Source: Camelus ferus (Eukaryota). From it: a stretch of 60,000 nt of DNA. This document shows positions 47,067-59,725 of the stretch, piece by piece. Both the position numbers and the translations under genes were made by a program. The stretch covers positions 118,608,001 through 118,668,000 of the forward strand of contig NC_045697.1 in the NCBI RefSeq assembly GCF_009834535.1, given 5' to 3'. The notes beneath the pieces were generated by a model. That model searched no databases. It worked only from the letters and a program-made list of their open reading frames with translations, and was not told where the DNA came from. Each line of letters starts with the position of its first letter. The first letter of the stretch is position 1.

Positions 47067-50000
47067 TAGACCCTGGGAGTTCCAAAGTCCTGGGTGTTTT
47101 CCCCCTTTTTCACCAATGCACCCAGTCCCTGGTCCAGACACCTGGCCAGCATGGAGATCGTCATTTACCAAAATACATTTTTGCAGGACACCTCTGTCCT
47201 ATAAGCTGTTAAAGATTTGATGGGTGTGTGCGTGTGTATATGTGGGGAAGGGCAGAGAGGAAAGCTCCTTGTTGAAATAAACATGGGAAGCATTGGACTA
47301 AACAAAAGTTAAGGCATTGGTTTTACACTAGATTTTCAAACCACTGAAAAATTAATAGCATTTTGCAATCATATGGAATCACTACCAGTTACCCCGAACT
47401 CCCACTCACATCACTATGGACATTGTGTAAATGCTTGTGGGACTCGAGGGTTCTGCTGACCCCCCAACCTAAAAAATGCTGATGCAGAGAGCAGCCAGCT
47501 GCTTGCCTAGTGGGGGGTTCACAGCCCTGCAGCCCTGAGCCCCCTGCGCCTCGTGAAGGGAGACTTTTGACATATTTCCTGGTTTCTGCTATTCTGTCAT
47601 ATGAACTAAGCAAGCCCAGAACAAAGCTGAAATAGTCTACTCCTGATCGTGTCACATCGGCACGTGCAGCCACTCACACAGGATTCAACTGTCTTCTTCT
47701 TCAACCTCTAGTTACATAATTTCTGTCAAAAGCATCACAGACATGATTTTCACTGTGTTCTCTCCTGATTGAGGAAGCATTATTTCTCAAACCCAGATAC
47801 TTCTCTCTGAGGCCTACAAAAAAGCAACAAGACATTTGACCCTCTCAGGTTTACCCTGGAAAAATGACAGTTTCAAAGCTTTGTCTGTGGCCCATTTTCT
47901 AGCATTCTGTTACTTACTTGTTACCCACGTAGGGAAAAGGTACTTTTTTCTAGATTATTTGATATTATCTCTTTTTTTTTTTTTTTTCTTTTTGTTAAGA
48001 TCTCTCCGTGACTGGAAATTTTTGTTCAAGAGCACTGAAAGGGGAAAAAAAAAACATAAAAGGAAATTCACTAATAAGAATGCAAGTCAATCTTAGGTTG
48101 AAATTCCTAATTATTTTCTCACCTAAAAAGGAAACCATCTAATGTTGGCCTTTTATCAGGTTAACTGGCAAAATGACCAAATTAGCCACGGTGAGGGTAT
48201 TGTTAGCATTACAATTTGCTTGGAATTAGGCTGTGGGAAAGAGGAGTTTCTACAGAAAGTGAAGCCAAGTTAAATAGAGAAGGGAAAAAAATACTGTTAT
48301 TCCCTTTACTCCAAGTCTGGGTTAAAGGGTTGATGATGTGGGAAGATGCCAAAGGGTCAGATAGTCAAAACCCATGGAATCTGGCTTCTTGACAAATCTC
48401 TAAATATAACTTATGGCTTCAAGTCTTTTTTTTTTTTTTCTTCCATTTTGTTCCATTAATTTGGATATTCTGATATAGATTATTATCCAAACACAAAGAA
48501 GTGGTCTATTCCATCTTACAAATGGTTTAGATACTTAGAGAGTAAATAAAAAGTAAATGTTATCGTATATTTTCACCTACATTTGTATGGTTTCATAGAC
48601 AGCATATTGTTCAGGTGAAATATAATATGCAAGTAGCCCCTAATGCATTTTTACACACACACAGTGTCAGGGTTCCATTGACTCTATAGACAAGATTCTT
48701 AGTGAAGTACACCGTATAAAAGATGTGGTGTGTTCTTCAGCTGAAATGTAAAATTACATTGATTTGATACTCTTGTGTATTAGGAAATTGACTTAAAATG
48801 GAGTCACTTAATCATGTAAATTACTGAAACCAAACTGTGGGAATGACTGCTCCATCTTAAATCGAGTGTCAGTCTGATGGCGCGAGTGCACGCTGTCATT
48901 AATGGAAGCTTACGCTGTAAAGTAGCCCCTCTGTGGCCAACCACGGGCTGTGCTGCCTTGTTTTAGCACAACTCTGGTCCCACAGATACTATATTGCAAC
49001 ATCAATATAAATATTATAGGATTGCTGGTACAGTAGATGTCTCAGATGTACTGACTGTTTTATTGAAAGAAGTCTTGATTCTTTTCCAAGAATCATATTA
49101 TTTTTGGTTAAGCTTTAAGTTCTTTGGGTTATGATTTTTAGACTTGAAAGTAATCTCCTAAACTCTCTTGAAACACAAAACTTTTTTTTTTCTTTTCCTT
49201 TTCCTCTTTTCAACCCAGCGCCTTATGTCTGCCTGGATTTAAATCTGTTTTGAATTAATTTTTCCTTTGACCGAGAGCAAATAACTTTTCCCCACGGCCC
49301 ACTCACCCTGTTTGAGGAAGTTCAGGATGTTTCTGGAAAGGGCTGGACATGTTTTCTTTCCTTGCTTAGAAGGGACTGATGTTTGTCCTCTGAAAGTGAG
49401 TGAACAGAAATGCCAGTGGACGTGGAGTTAAAATCAGACCCCCAAGTCAACAGTTTCATGACAATGAACAGGCCATACACATTTTATTACTGAAAAATCT
49501 TCCTCTAATGTATTTTATTTTGGCTTCACATGTCCCTTCTCTGGACAAGGTGCAGAAGGCTGTGGTCTTTATAATATGCATTAGCCTCATTGAAACCATG
49601 CAATTTCAGGTTTGACTCATTGACTCTGGTATAAAGATGGTTTTTAGACAAAATTAATGACCTCAGTTAAGAGAAATGGAAGAAACAAAATTTCTGTTAG
49701 GTGGAGAGAAGAAAATTAATCAGTGATGGATCCTATAGTTAACTGTCTAGAATCAGCTTTTCTCTCATGAAATAAAAAACTGGATAAGTTGGGACGGTTT
49801 TCATTCTAAAAGCAGACGGCTGGGCTTCCAGCAGGTATGAAGCTCACTGGAGAGTCTGATGGGCAATTCTCTTTTTGTGTTGAATTTGTACAATTCACTT
49901 CTGTACACTTCATATATAGGGTTTAACAGATAATGGACTTCTAATTTTGTCAATTTGAAAAGATAGAAAACAGTAATAATCTCCAGTCAGTGTAGAAATT

Positions 50001-50142
50001 CAAGCCTCAGAAGACAAAGTGTGCTTTGAATGACAGTAAAAGAAAATCAAGTGAGTTTATATGGCTTGCATTCTTACTTCCTTCTGGTGAAGATAGAGTT
50101 TCTCTAGAAGGAAGTGTCAGCTACTCTTGTCACCTGAGTAAC

Positions 50143-50569
50143 TGTTACTGAGTCCAAGCTCGCACTGCTTGCCACACGACGGGCCAATAAATCGAGACAC
50201 GAGGCGTTGGGACAAGGAATAGCGATGTTGTCTGGAAAGCCAGCAGACTGAGAAGATGGGGGGCTACTGTCTGAAAGAACCATCTTCCCTGAGTTTGAAT
50301 TCGGGCTTCTTTTATACTAAAAGGGGAGGGGTGAAGTCCTGGTTCGAGTCTGACTCTGGAAGGGAGGTGCTAACTTCTTCCTTCCTGCAGCCATTCCCAG
50401 GTGGGCCTGGGCAGGGTGTTTCCTGTGAGCTCAACAAAGGTATTTTCACACTCATGATCTGGGAGGCAGGGTTTCCAGAGACGGGCCACTGTGTACCATT
50501 TAAGCTTGCAAGAAACAGCCCTTCAGTGATTAGTCTATAGATAGAATAGAAAGTTTCTTCCCTATTACA
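50143..50569 (-). mobile_element. ERV1-class solo LTR related to family B
   Basis: tgttactgagtccaagctc...ggccaataaatcgagacacgaggcgttgggacaaggaatagcga shares its first ~190 bp with the 25430 and 53923 copies; ends ctattaca. Confidence 0.8.
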
Positions 50570-50874
50570 CAGTGTCTGTTCCTCATTAAAATCCTTGCCA
50601 TGAAACAGTTAGTAAACATTAACTTTAATCACAAAACATTATAACAACGCAAAGTGGGTGCTTATATAGAGGCAGGTAATGATACTAAAATAGAATATTC
50701 CTTCAATGGAAAATTTTAGGCTAGCATGAAGCTGTTATCTTGCCCTTCTTAAATACACAGAAGCAGATAAAGAAACTATTTAACTAGTAGCTTTGAACTG
50801 GCAGGCTCCGAGTCTCATTTCTGACTGACACACACATCCTCTTCCCAATGTCAGTGCAAGATAGAATTAACCTA

Positions 50875-51204
50875 CAGCGGGTCCTTGAACAAAACGGGGG
50901 CTGGGGGCTCCGACCCCCTCACAGGGGAAAGTGTGCATATTGATGGCTGTGCCTCAAAAACCAAAAAGTGAATAAATGATTCACCCCAGGGCAGGAAGCT
51001 GAGACAGTCTGGAGAGAATCAGGGCTCAAAACTTAGTTCTTTTGACTCTACAGACTGTGATCTCTAATCGAACACAAACTTTTCCCAACACTTTGTTAAC
51101 CTAGAGATCTGTAAGATGAAAACACAGGTAACTATATTTATTGAAAAAAATCTACATGTAAGTGGACCCCACAATTAAAGCCCATGTTATTCAAGGGTCA
51201 AATG
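50875..51204 (+). mobile_element. MER8/Tigger2a-like MITE
   Basis: ta|cagcgggtccttgaacaaaacgggggctgggggctccgacccc...gtaagtggaccccacaattaaagcccatgttattcaagggtcaaatg|ta. Confidence 0.8.
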
Positions 51205-51649
51205 TAGTTTAATTTTCCAATGCGCTGCTGTTGGAAATACATCAACCTGTTAAGCCAAGATATCCTTGACAATGTGGAATTTAAACCTAACCATATTGTC
51301 ACCTCTTCCTCCGACTGTACAGGTCTCCGGGATTGCTCTGTTGGTGGAGGGTCTCAAGTCGGTCAGATACAATCATGGCCAGTGCCCTTCAAGTTTGCTC
51401 CCACTGTGAAGTTTCCACAGCATTAGGTGGAGAGAACTTAAATTCCCTTACTGGAGAATGAAGGACTAAGCGAACTCCTAGTAGAACATAGCAGTTACCA
51501 CTCAGCCCCTTCCATCCTCTGATACATCTTTAATTCTTAGTAACCACCACAGAAATGTTAGAATTCTCCAAGTACCATCTTTGGGGCACTGCGCTGCACA
51601 CGAGGCAGACCCACAGGGCTCTTGACAGCGTGTGCTTCTCTGCAGAGGT

Positions 51650-51895
51650 TGAAGTAAGAGGAGAAGCAGAGGAAAAGGGAAGTTGGAGGTGAAGGAGAAA
51701 GACAAGCTGGAATAGACGCAGAAAACAGAAGTAGACCTAGGGAGATGTGAGAAAAGAGAAGAAAGGAGAAAGAGAACCATTAGTGAGAAAAGAGGAAGGA
51801 AAATCAAAGAAGAAAATAGACTGAAGAAATGGGAAAAGAGAAAAGGAAGGAGAGGAAGACAAAGGATAAGAAAAGAGGTAGAGATCGGAAGAGAG
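51650..51895 (+). repeat. Purine-rich (GA) low-complexity tract
   Basis: About 245 bp that is predominantly A/G. Confidence 0.85.
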
Positions 51896-52221
51896 CTGGG
51901 GCCCGTCCAGACACCGAAACTGCTCTCCTCTCCCCCCGGGCAGGTGCCCTTCGTGTGAGCGGCGTGGACACCCCGAGGGGAGGCTGGGGGCTGTGCCTCC
52001 TGTCCCGGCTGCTTGGCTCTGGGCACCTGCCTAACAGGTGTGCTTCACACAAAATGCTACTATGAGGTTGTGGCTCTGATGCCAGGAACATTGCTCCTCT
52101 GAGAAGGAAAGCTCCCCTACAGCTAAGGAGACCACGAGCTGAGACCTTAGTCCCTGATCTGCCTTCTGCCATCAGGCGTCCTGTTCCCAGTAACGGAGAG
52201 GATAGGGATGGGGCTGGGGTG

Positions 52222-52342
52222 GGGGTGAGGGTGGGGGTAGAGTGCAGTGGTGGAGCATGTGCTCAGCATGTGCAAAGCCTGGGGTTCGATCCCCGGTACC
52301 TCCATTAAAAGTAAAGTTGAAAATAAGTAAAGTTGAAAAAAG
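52222..52342 (+). mobile_element. vic-1-type tRNA-Ala SINE
   Basis: agagtgcagtggtggagcatgtgctcagcatgtgcaaagcctggggttcgatccccggtacctcca; tail carries a duplicated aagtaaagttgaaaa. Confidence 0.85.
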
Positions 52343-53339
52343 GAGAGGGAGGCAATAGCAGATGAGCAGTGAGAAGATCTCATTTTTACTGTGGTTTGGG
52401 GTCATATTCATAACCTTCTTAGAAGGACGGAACAGTGAAAAACTAAAAGCAGAGTGTTGAAGAGCCACAGTTGTGGTAGCCTACAGGCATTGCATTGTCC
52501 ATAAAAGATCTTTCTGAATTTAGGAAAACACTCAAAACAAGTCCAAAATCATCACTGACAAGTTGCCTTTATTCCTCTGTAAAGAACTTGGTCTTGATCA
52601 GTCCGAGCCAACAAATAAACAGAATATTTTCAAACTCTGGCATAAGAACATAACAGTTGTCATGTGGCCAACAAAGGGGACATTTTCTTCTAATCTGATA
52701 TACTGATAAGCATTAACAAAAGCTTTCTCACATGAATTAGGTCTTATCAGGGAAAAAAATTTTTAAATGACATTAAATGATAGCCATCACACATGGGGCC
52801 TTTTTAAAATTAATCAATCTTAAGCAAATAATATGGGGAAAAATTAAAGAATGTGTATATTTAAAAAGAAAAAGGAAAGGCTTATACACGGCAGTTGAAC
52901 TTGGTCTGTGCCCGCGTCCAGACTTCACGGACAACCCGTATTAGGAAGACTTTTGTCTGTGTCTCCTGCATTATGTATTTCTCCAGACATATAAGTCTCC
53001 CTGAAAGCATTTCCCTTCAAATCATTTTACTGCCCACTTTCGACTTGCTGCTCTGTCCGTCCTGCAAACATGTGCCTCCAGCATCAACACTCTTACCTGC
53101 ACACACTTACGGGCACAGAAAAGTGAGGTCAGCTAATAACACGCGCTCCTTCGGTGTTTCCTATTAATGCTGAGAACAGACCACACAGGTGGGTACCCCC
53201 ATTTCCTTCACAACCGCACCTGAGCCCCAATACCAGATGCAGGGTCTGGTCAGCTTTTCCTAAGACCAGACGGATCACAGAGGCATAACCACAGAGGCAA
53301 GACGTTGAGCCCGTGAAATGAGGCTGCCATGACCCCAAG

Positions 53340-53425
53340 CACTGAGTGTTTAATTTTATTAAATGTTAATTAATTTAGATGTAAATCTCTACGAGTGGCT
53401 AAGGGCTAACATACTGCACAAGATA
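53340..53425. mobile_element. hAT-Charlie (MER3-like) fragment
   Basis: tttaattttattaaatgttaattaatttagatgtaaat...gtggctaagggctaacatactgcaca. Confidence 0.6.
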
Positions 53426-53922
53426 GCTTTGGAGATGGAGAAGTCTTCTTTGCCGTGACAGGGGCTGATGGCTTGGCACCTGCCCCAGAAAGGGCCCTGA
53501 GACAAGGGGAACGGAAGCCTTGGGCTGGCCCTCCACGTGGCTCTGCCTTAGGCTTGATGCTCTGGTGCTCCCCCACTGGCTCCTGAACCTCTTCCCCGCA
53601 TAGCCTTGTGCCCGCCCCGTCCTCCCTCCCTCCTCGGCTAACTGCTTATTGAGGCCACACTGGAACTGGCATTGAGGATGTTAAAATCCCACCTCCATTC
53701 TTTGTTTTGTTCTTGACCAACAGTGTTGAACAGAGAGACAAGCAGGAGACCCCGGGGCACGACCGGTCCTCTCACGTTTAAGCTGTGGGAGTTCAAACAC
53801 GTGACCGAAGTCCTCTGAGCTTGCGTCTGACGCTTCTCCCAGTTGCAGGGATAAATGACAGAGAACTGCAAAGCGTCTGGCATAACCCCCAGCACGCAGT
53901 GAGCACTGGAGAATGGTAAGTT

Positions 53923-54435
53923 TGTTACCGAGTCCAAACTCCTTCTGCTCGCCACAGGACAGGCCAATAAATCAGGGGATGAAATGTTGGGGCAAGGAAT
54001 ATAGTGACTTTATTTGGAAAGCTGGCAGACCGAGGGGATGGCAGACTAATGTCTTGGAGAACCATCCTCCCCCATTCAGAATACAGGCTCCTTTTATAAA
54101 AAAAAATAACAGGGGAGGGGGTGTGGTTGGTTGTGCCAACTTCTTGCTGCAGGAATCCTTTGTTCTTGCACCGTCCATGTGGGCCAGGTCACGGTGTCCC
54201 TGTAAACCTCCAACAAAACAAAGGTTATTCCCTATTTTGCAACTTGCCATCTCTGCATAAGTGCAGAAGAGCTGACATCCTTAAAGGTCAGAGCCCTGAG
54301 AATAGGCTCTCCTGTAAATTTCAGGCTAAAGGCAACGTTGTTTCACAAAAGGTGCAGCACCGGCAAGACTGAGCCTGGAAAACAGGGCACAGAAATAGGT
54401 CTAATACGGAGTCAGATTTATTCTTTCTTGTTACA
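53923..54435 (-). mobile_element. ERV1-class solo LTR (family B, copy 2)
   Basis: TG...CA termini, colinear and highly similar to 25430-25948, flanks agtt/gttt. Confidence 0.9.
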
Positions 54436-55650
54436 GTTTCACTACCTTTCCTGCCCCCTCTGTACCTGCACCCGTGAGTCTCCCACTCCGGTTTGCATCC
54501 TTCTGCTCCCCTGGGACTTGGGGCCTGGCCCTCCCTGTCAAACCTCTGCCTGAGCTGCCCCTTTTTAATCACCCATAGCCCCTGAAGTCACCCATCAGCC
54601 AACCGAAGAAAACGCAAGAGCTAAGTAAAAGGAAAAATGGAACTTCATCCAGCTGCTCCAGTTTAGCCTCGTTAGGCAGAAAACTACCAAATGGCAGGAG
54701 GAGGATGCCTGTTTGTACCCTGGGCACTCTTTCTGAGTTTCAGTTTCCTGAAAGGTTGAAACTATAGATGTGATTAAGATACTCAATATACGTCCATAAA
54801 CATAATATACTTCCAAAAATATATTTTCTTCTGTGACTTGATAACTCAATTGATTAAAGGTAGAATTTGGTTGGTTACTGGCGAGGAGGAAGGAACATTC
54901 TCACCTCTCTTGGTCCCAACCCTTTCATTCTTCCTCCTGCCTGACACTGACAGAGATCTGCAGCTCCTGAAATCTTGAACGTGTGCGAACCGTCAGATCT
55001 GGACCAGCTGGTTGTTTAAGGTTTCTCATCTTCCCTTTACTCTTGATACCGTTGGCATGATCCGTAGTTCTGAACATTTCTGAGGGTTTTGATTTCTTTC
55101 CCCGGCTGCCAGTGGGCTAGGTGGTCCCTAGGTTCTGATGAGCTTGGGGTGGGTGCTCTATGTGTCAACCCACCAGAGGAAAAGCAGAGTTTACATCTCT
55201 CCCCACTGTCCCAGGGCAGTCTTGCACACAATGACTCACGAAGGTTTCCCTGTAGGTGGCAAACTTCAGTGTCTCTGGCCCTTTTTATACCCAAAGATGA
55301 GGCATCAGGTTGGTGCAGGTGTCTGAGTGACTCTGACACCAACCAACAGAGTGACGTTGGACAGTCCATTTATACTTCTAGGACTTTCAGTTTCTAGACC
55401 AGATGTGCAACTCAGGTCTTTGATCTAGGCAAGGTCTTCCAACTCTCATGTTTTGTGACATTATCATGACTGTCTGGTCCTCCTGGAAAATACTGTGAAA
55501 CAACTGAACAATGTAACACCAATAAGGGGGAGATCCTCTAGGCTGCGAGTCAGGGATGGCTTTGCTGAGAAGGTGATATCGAGTTGAAAAATATTAGAGT
55601 TTGTCTTCCACCTGACAAAGTAAGGATTCCTTGAAAACTTCAGCCCAGTT

Positions 55651-56540
55651 TAATACTAAAATTGGTTCTGCACCCAAATGCCAATGTGTGGTGGAGAGGT
55701 GAGGGGGTTCCCCACAGTTCCAACAAATAATGTTCTGGACACCAGCTACAATTCAGCTCAATTCTGACACTATCTACCCAGAGATGACATCAAATTCCAC
55801 AGGTTAAGGGCTCAGTCCTACCAGACCACCCCCCTACTCCTGCTCCCAACACACACCCAGTTCAGACGCCGATCACAAGCCCAGGTTACCACCTGTTTTC
55901 CGCACAGCCATCTACAACAACCCCCTCAGCTCGGGTTGTCAACTGCAAGCCCACGTTGTTACCTGTTCTTCTGACTGGCTGTAAACGAGAGCTTCCTACG
56001 TCCTCTTCATTGGGTTCAGCCAGTTTCCTGGCGCAGAGCTCAGTGAAAGACTCTGCTCACTAGATAACCGGTTCGTTGTAAAAGGATACAACTCGGGGAC
56101 AACCAGTGGAAAAGACGCACCAAGGCAAGGCATGGGGAAAGGGGTTGGGGCTCTCATGCCTGCTCTGGGCGCCACTTGCCTGGAATCTCCATGCATTCAC
56201 CAAACTGGGAGCTCTCTGAACTCCAGCCTTTTGAGTTTTGGAGGCTTTATTAAATAGGTACAATTGATTGAATCATTTGGCCTTTGGTGATCAACCTCCA
56301 TCGACAAGCCCCCTCTCCTCCCTGGAGGTCTGGGGTGGGACTGAAAGTTTCCAATCCTCTAATCACAAGATTGGTTCCCTTGGCAACCAGCCCTGACCCT
56401 TAGCTTACCTAAGGACTTTCCAAAAACCACCTCATTAACATACAAAAGGCACCTTTGTGGGGCTCATCACCTAGGAAATTCCACATGTTTTGTACCAGAA
56501 AACCAAATATCTATTTCTTATTACAAGTCACAATATCACA
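55651..56540 (-). mobile_element. MER21-like LTR
   Basis: ctggacaccagctacaattcagctcaattctgacactatctacccagagatgacatcaaattccacaggttaagggctcagtcc...ttcccctggcaaccagccc...tttcttattacaagtcacaatatcaca. Confidence 0.85.
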
Positions 56541-57686
56541 AATACATACCCACAAAGTAATGGGAGAGAATGCACCATGTATCCATATACATAGTAAGTA
56601 CCAATATAACATGGAGTGTGGCACATTTACAAAAGCAGCTGCCGAGGTCATTGAGGTCATTATGCTTAAAGAATTCATACAAGAAAGTAAACAGATAGTG
56701 AAAATAGCTATTTTCATAAGCAGTTAGGATAAGGATGAATTTGGGCTCATGGAGATAGAGTGTTGAGGGTTCAAGACTCCCCACACCAAGAGCAGGACTG
56801 GTGCTTTAAAATTCATGAAGACAGGAATCTTACCATCTGTTGGCCAGACTGAAAGAAATGACATCCAGTGAACGTGTGTTCCTTGTTCTTGTGCAGTGTT
56901 GCAAAGCACGTGCCTTATCTTGAGGACAATGTATACACCTTGCTTTTAGTCAGTTTACTGATTAGAGGAAGGAAAGCCAAAGAGACAAATGCTCAAAGCT
57001 TGTGTCCCCAAAGGTGGTGACACATTGTGTATCACACAGATCACACTCTGCCCTGCCTCCCCCCAGTTCTGTAATCCTTACTGCTACTTCCTTCCTGGAA
57101 GAGGATTCAGTCCATGGGCCATGCTCATTTATTTCACTATTATGAAATAAAATGCACTTAAAAAGATAATCGGGAGCAAATGTCAACAAAAACATATTAC
57201 TAACCACTTATTCATTACAATAGCACATATTGACTTACATAGTTATCAAAGGCATTGGAATGGAAAACAATTTTACGTAAGGACTCAAATGTAGACATGG
57301 GTAAGGTTGTCAAAGGGGAAAAAAACCCCCAAAACCAAAACAAAACCTCAAACAGGAAAAGTAGTGAATTGCAACCAGTAATTACTGGGCTTGCCTGCAT
57401 TGTTAGTAACCAGACAAAATAGCAACAAGCTCGTCAAGATTTACAGCCACCAGTGCATGATGTTCCCAGGACACCACGTGGGAACCTGGAAGGCAGATTT
57501 CTCATGAGAGAGTGTCTTCCCGTCTTACTTCACACACTCGCTATTGCGAGGCATGTGCCTCACGGCGCGCATCTCTGCCCCTTCCCCACCCTGACGGGTA
57601 AAGCCTTTTTACATTTAGCTTCCACTGCCCTCAGCCCCTGGTAAGCCTGCTATGTGCTCTCTTAAGGGACTCACTTATTTGACAGA

Positions 57687-58179
57687 TGTTATGGGATAAG
57701 ATGGGCTGGTACCGCAGGCAGTAAAAGAATTCACCAGAAACAAAGAAAAGTGAAAGAAACATTTATTAGGTGTGCTGCTACAGGCAACAGGCTAGAGGTG
57801 TCTGTGCGTCCGCAGGGCAGGTGCTTAGGGTCTGTCATAAAGAAGGGCCTGACTGTCTACATGCTTTAGGGAAGGGGGTCGTGTTGAAGGTTTCCAGACG
57901 TTAGTTAATCTTTATCGAAGGGCTTAGGTTGATGATCCTGGGGCAGGTGCAGTCCATCTTTAGGAGGAGGTAGGCGGCCTGGAGTGCTTGAGGAATACTG
58001 GGGAGAGGGTTTGTTAGGCCATAACTCAGGGCTGTTAGTCGGGCTAAAACAATGACATGTTCTCTGTGTTTTCTGGTCAGTGTCTTCGTGACGTGAGTGA
58101 CAAGGGCACAGGCAGGCATCCTGTGACCGGAGCCCCCTTGGCTCTCTGTGGGGCCTCTTCCTTGTCCTGGAACCCCACA
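57687..58179 (-). mobile_element. Solo LTR (ERVL-like on the basis of a 5-bp TSD)
   Basis: TG...CA termini, flanks acaga/ataga, antisense polyA signal atttatt at about 57761. Confidence 0.7.
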
Positions 58180-59469
58180 ATAGAGAACTTGACTTTTCCC
58201 TGAAGGAGTTTTGGCTCAATTTAGCAGGAAAGTAATGAGTCATTTCATAAGAAATGGCACAAATGATTGAGATGGTAAAACAAGATAGGTGATTCACATC
58301 ATTGCAGCAAATAAACTTATACCCAATAACTTAGGGCTGGTGACAGCCATTCTCAAATCAGCACCAGCCAAGCACAACTACTGCAGAAAACCCTGGAATG
58401 ACCCCAACAGCGACCAAACATGGAATTTCTATGAAAATTATCTGTCAAGCAGGATACTGTATTTCTTGTAACCTACAGAATTCCATCATAATGTACATCT
58501 TTTTGTTAATTATGGCAAAAAGGCACAAAACATAAAAGTCATCCTTCTGACAATTTTGTAATGTGTGTTCCTAGTGTTGCTCTGAGGGTCCAGCATGGAT
58601 GTGAAACGCCTTTTCTGAGTCAGCAGCGATGAAGGCATTCAGACAGCTCTAGGATGACATTATTTGCTGAAATTTACAACTTTCCACCCCAAACTTGGCC
58701 CATCTTTAGAATTGCATGGGGAAGAAGAATCTGGTACAAGTAGAGTCTTCCCTGGAGACTTGGATTCAGTGGTTCTGGGGTAGAGAGGGGTCAGAATTGT
58801 TAACAAGCACGCCAGCTGATCCTTTAGGTGCCGACTGGGAAACACAGAAGCAAACAAATGTATATTTCTATTTATTAGAATATCTCATTTTCCATCTATG
58901 TTGGAAAATATGTCATTAATGCTGCCTTCTTTTCCTGCATTATTGAGCAATGGGAGTTTTCTTCATTCTTATAAATTTGGAAAACTCACGGGTTCTGCCC
59001 GGCTGCTGCTGCCACCTTGACTCCGCCCCATCGTTGTAACATCTACCATCTGGCACCTGCTGGGAGAGAAAAGGACGTCCGGCCATTATTACGTGAGTAA
59101 CACTGCTCAGGGGCTCGGCATCCCAAGCACATTACCAGTCCCTCGTGAGAAATCCAAAAGGCAACTTCCTGAAACAAAGCTTTAGAAAAATTATTCACCC
59201 CCAAGAAGGAATTGATTAACCCAAGGTAAATGTTCCTCCTGAATGCTTTATTTGGAATACAGGCTAAAACTGTGGATATTTTTTTTCCCTTTATAAATAA
59301 AAATTACTTTTCTACTTATTAAACTTCTGAATTGCTCCTTTTAGTGTTATGTTTATTAATATCTGCAAGTGAGGCACAACTGGCTTTTAAACAGAAGAGA
59401 TGTTTACACAAGTATAATGCTAATATTAAATTACAAACAGGGAGAGCTGAAGGTGTTAGAAGCCTATGA

Positions 59470-59725
59470 GCCAAGTTAAAGAAAACAAACAAAAAAAGGT
59501 GTGCAAAATATGTGCAATTTAATTACATTATTTTGTAATAAAAGTAAACACGTAATGACCTACCTATATGATAGAGAAAAATAAAGACTGGAAGGAAATA
59601 GACCAAAATGTTAGTAGTAATTTTCTGATTCTGAAATTATGGGTAATTTTAGTTTCTTCTCTTTTTTATTTTGTATTTGTCTTCTTAACAAGGTGCATTA
59701 TATTTATAATAATTTTTTAAATTTT
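59470..59725 (+). mobile_element. Ancient L1ME 3' end
   Basis: aaagactggaaggaaatagaccaaaatgttagtagtaatt...attatgggtaattttagtttcttct. Confidence 0.65.

Noticed and set aside
51502..52172. 174-aa Leu/Phe/Ser-rich ORF
   Set aside because: Antisense translation of the purine-rich low-complexity tract
8611..52342. tRNA-Ala(AGC)-like sequences at 8611, 14722, 23229, 38892 and 52222 as tRNA genes
   Set aside because: They carry shared SINE tails, a TSD in at least one case, and stem mismatches, and lack a proximal oligo-T terminator. All five being on the + strand is within chance
25430..54435. A full-length provirus bounded by the two family B LTRs
   Set aside because: Spacing is about 28 kb, there is no gag/pol/env, and the first LTR has its own TSD
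55865..55975. Internal direct repeat caagccca(g/c)gtt...acctgtt
   Set aside because: Lies within the MER21-like LTR and is most simply part of that element's internal structure
231..58622. Numerous AP-1 sites (TGACTCA/TGAGTCA)
   Set aside because: They are scattered and unclustered, and several fall inside repeats. They cannot be distinguished from background without conservation data
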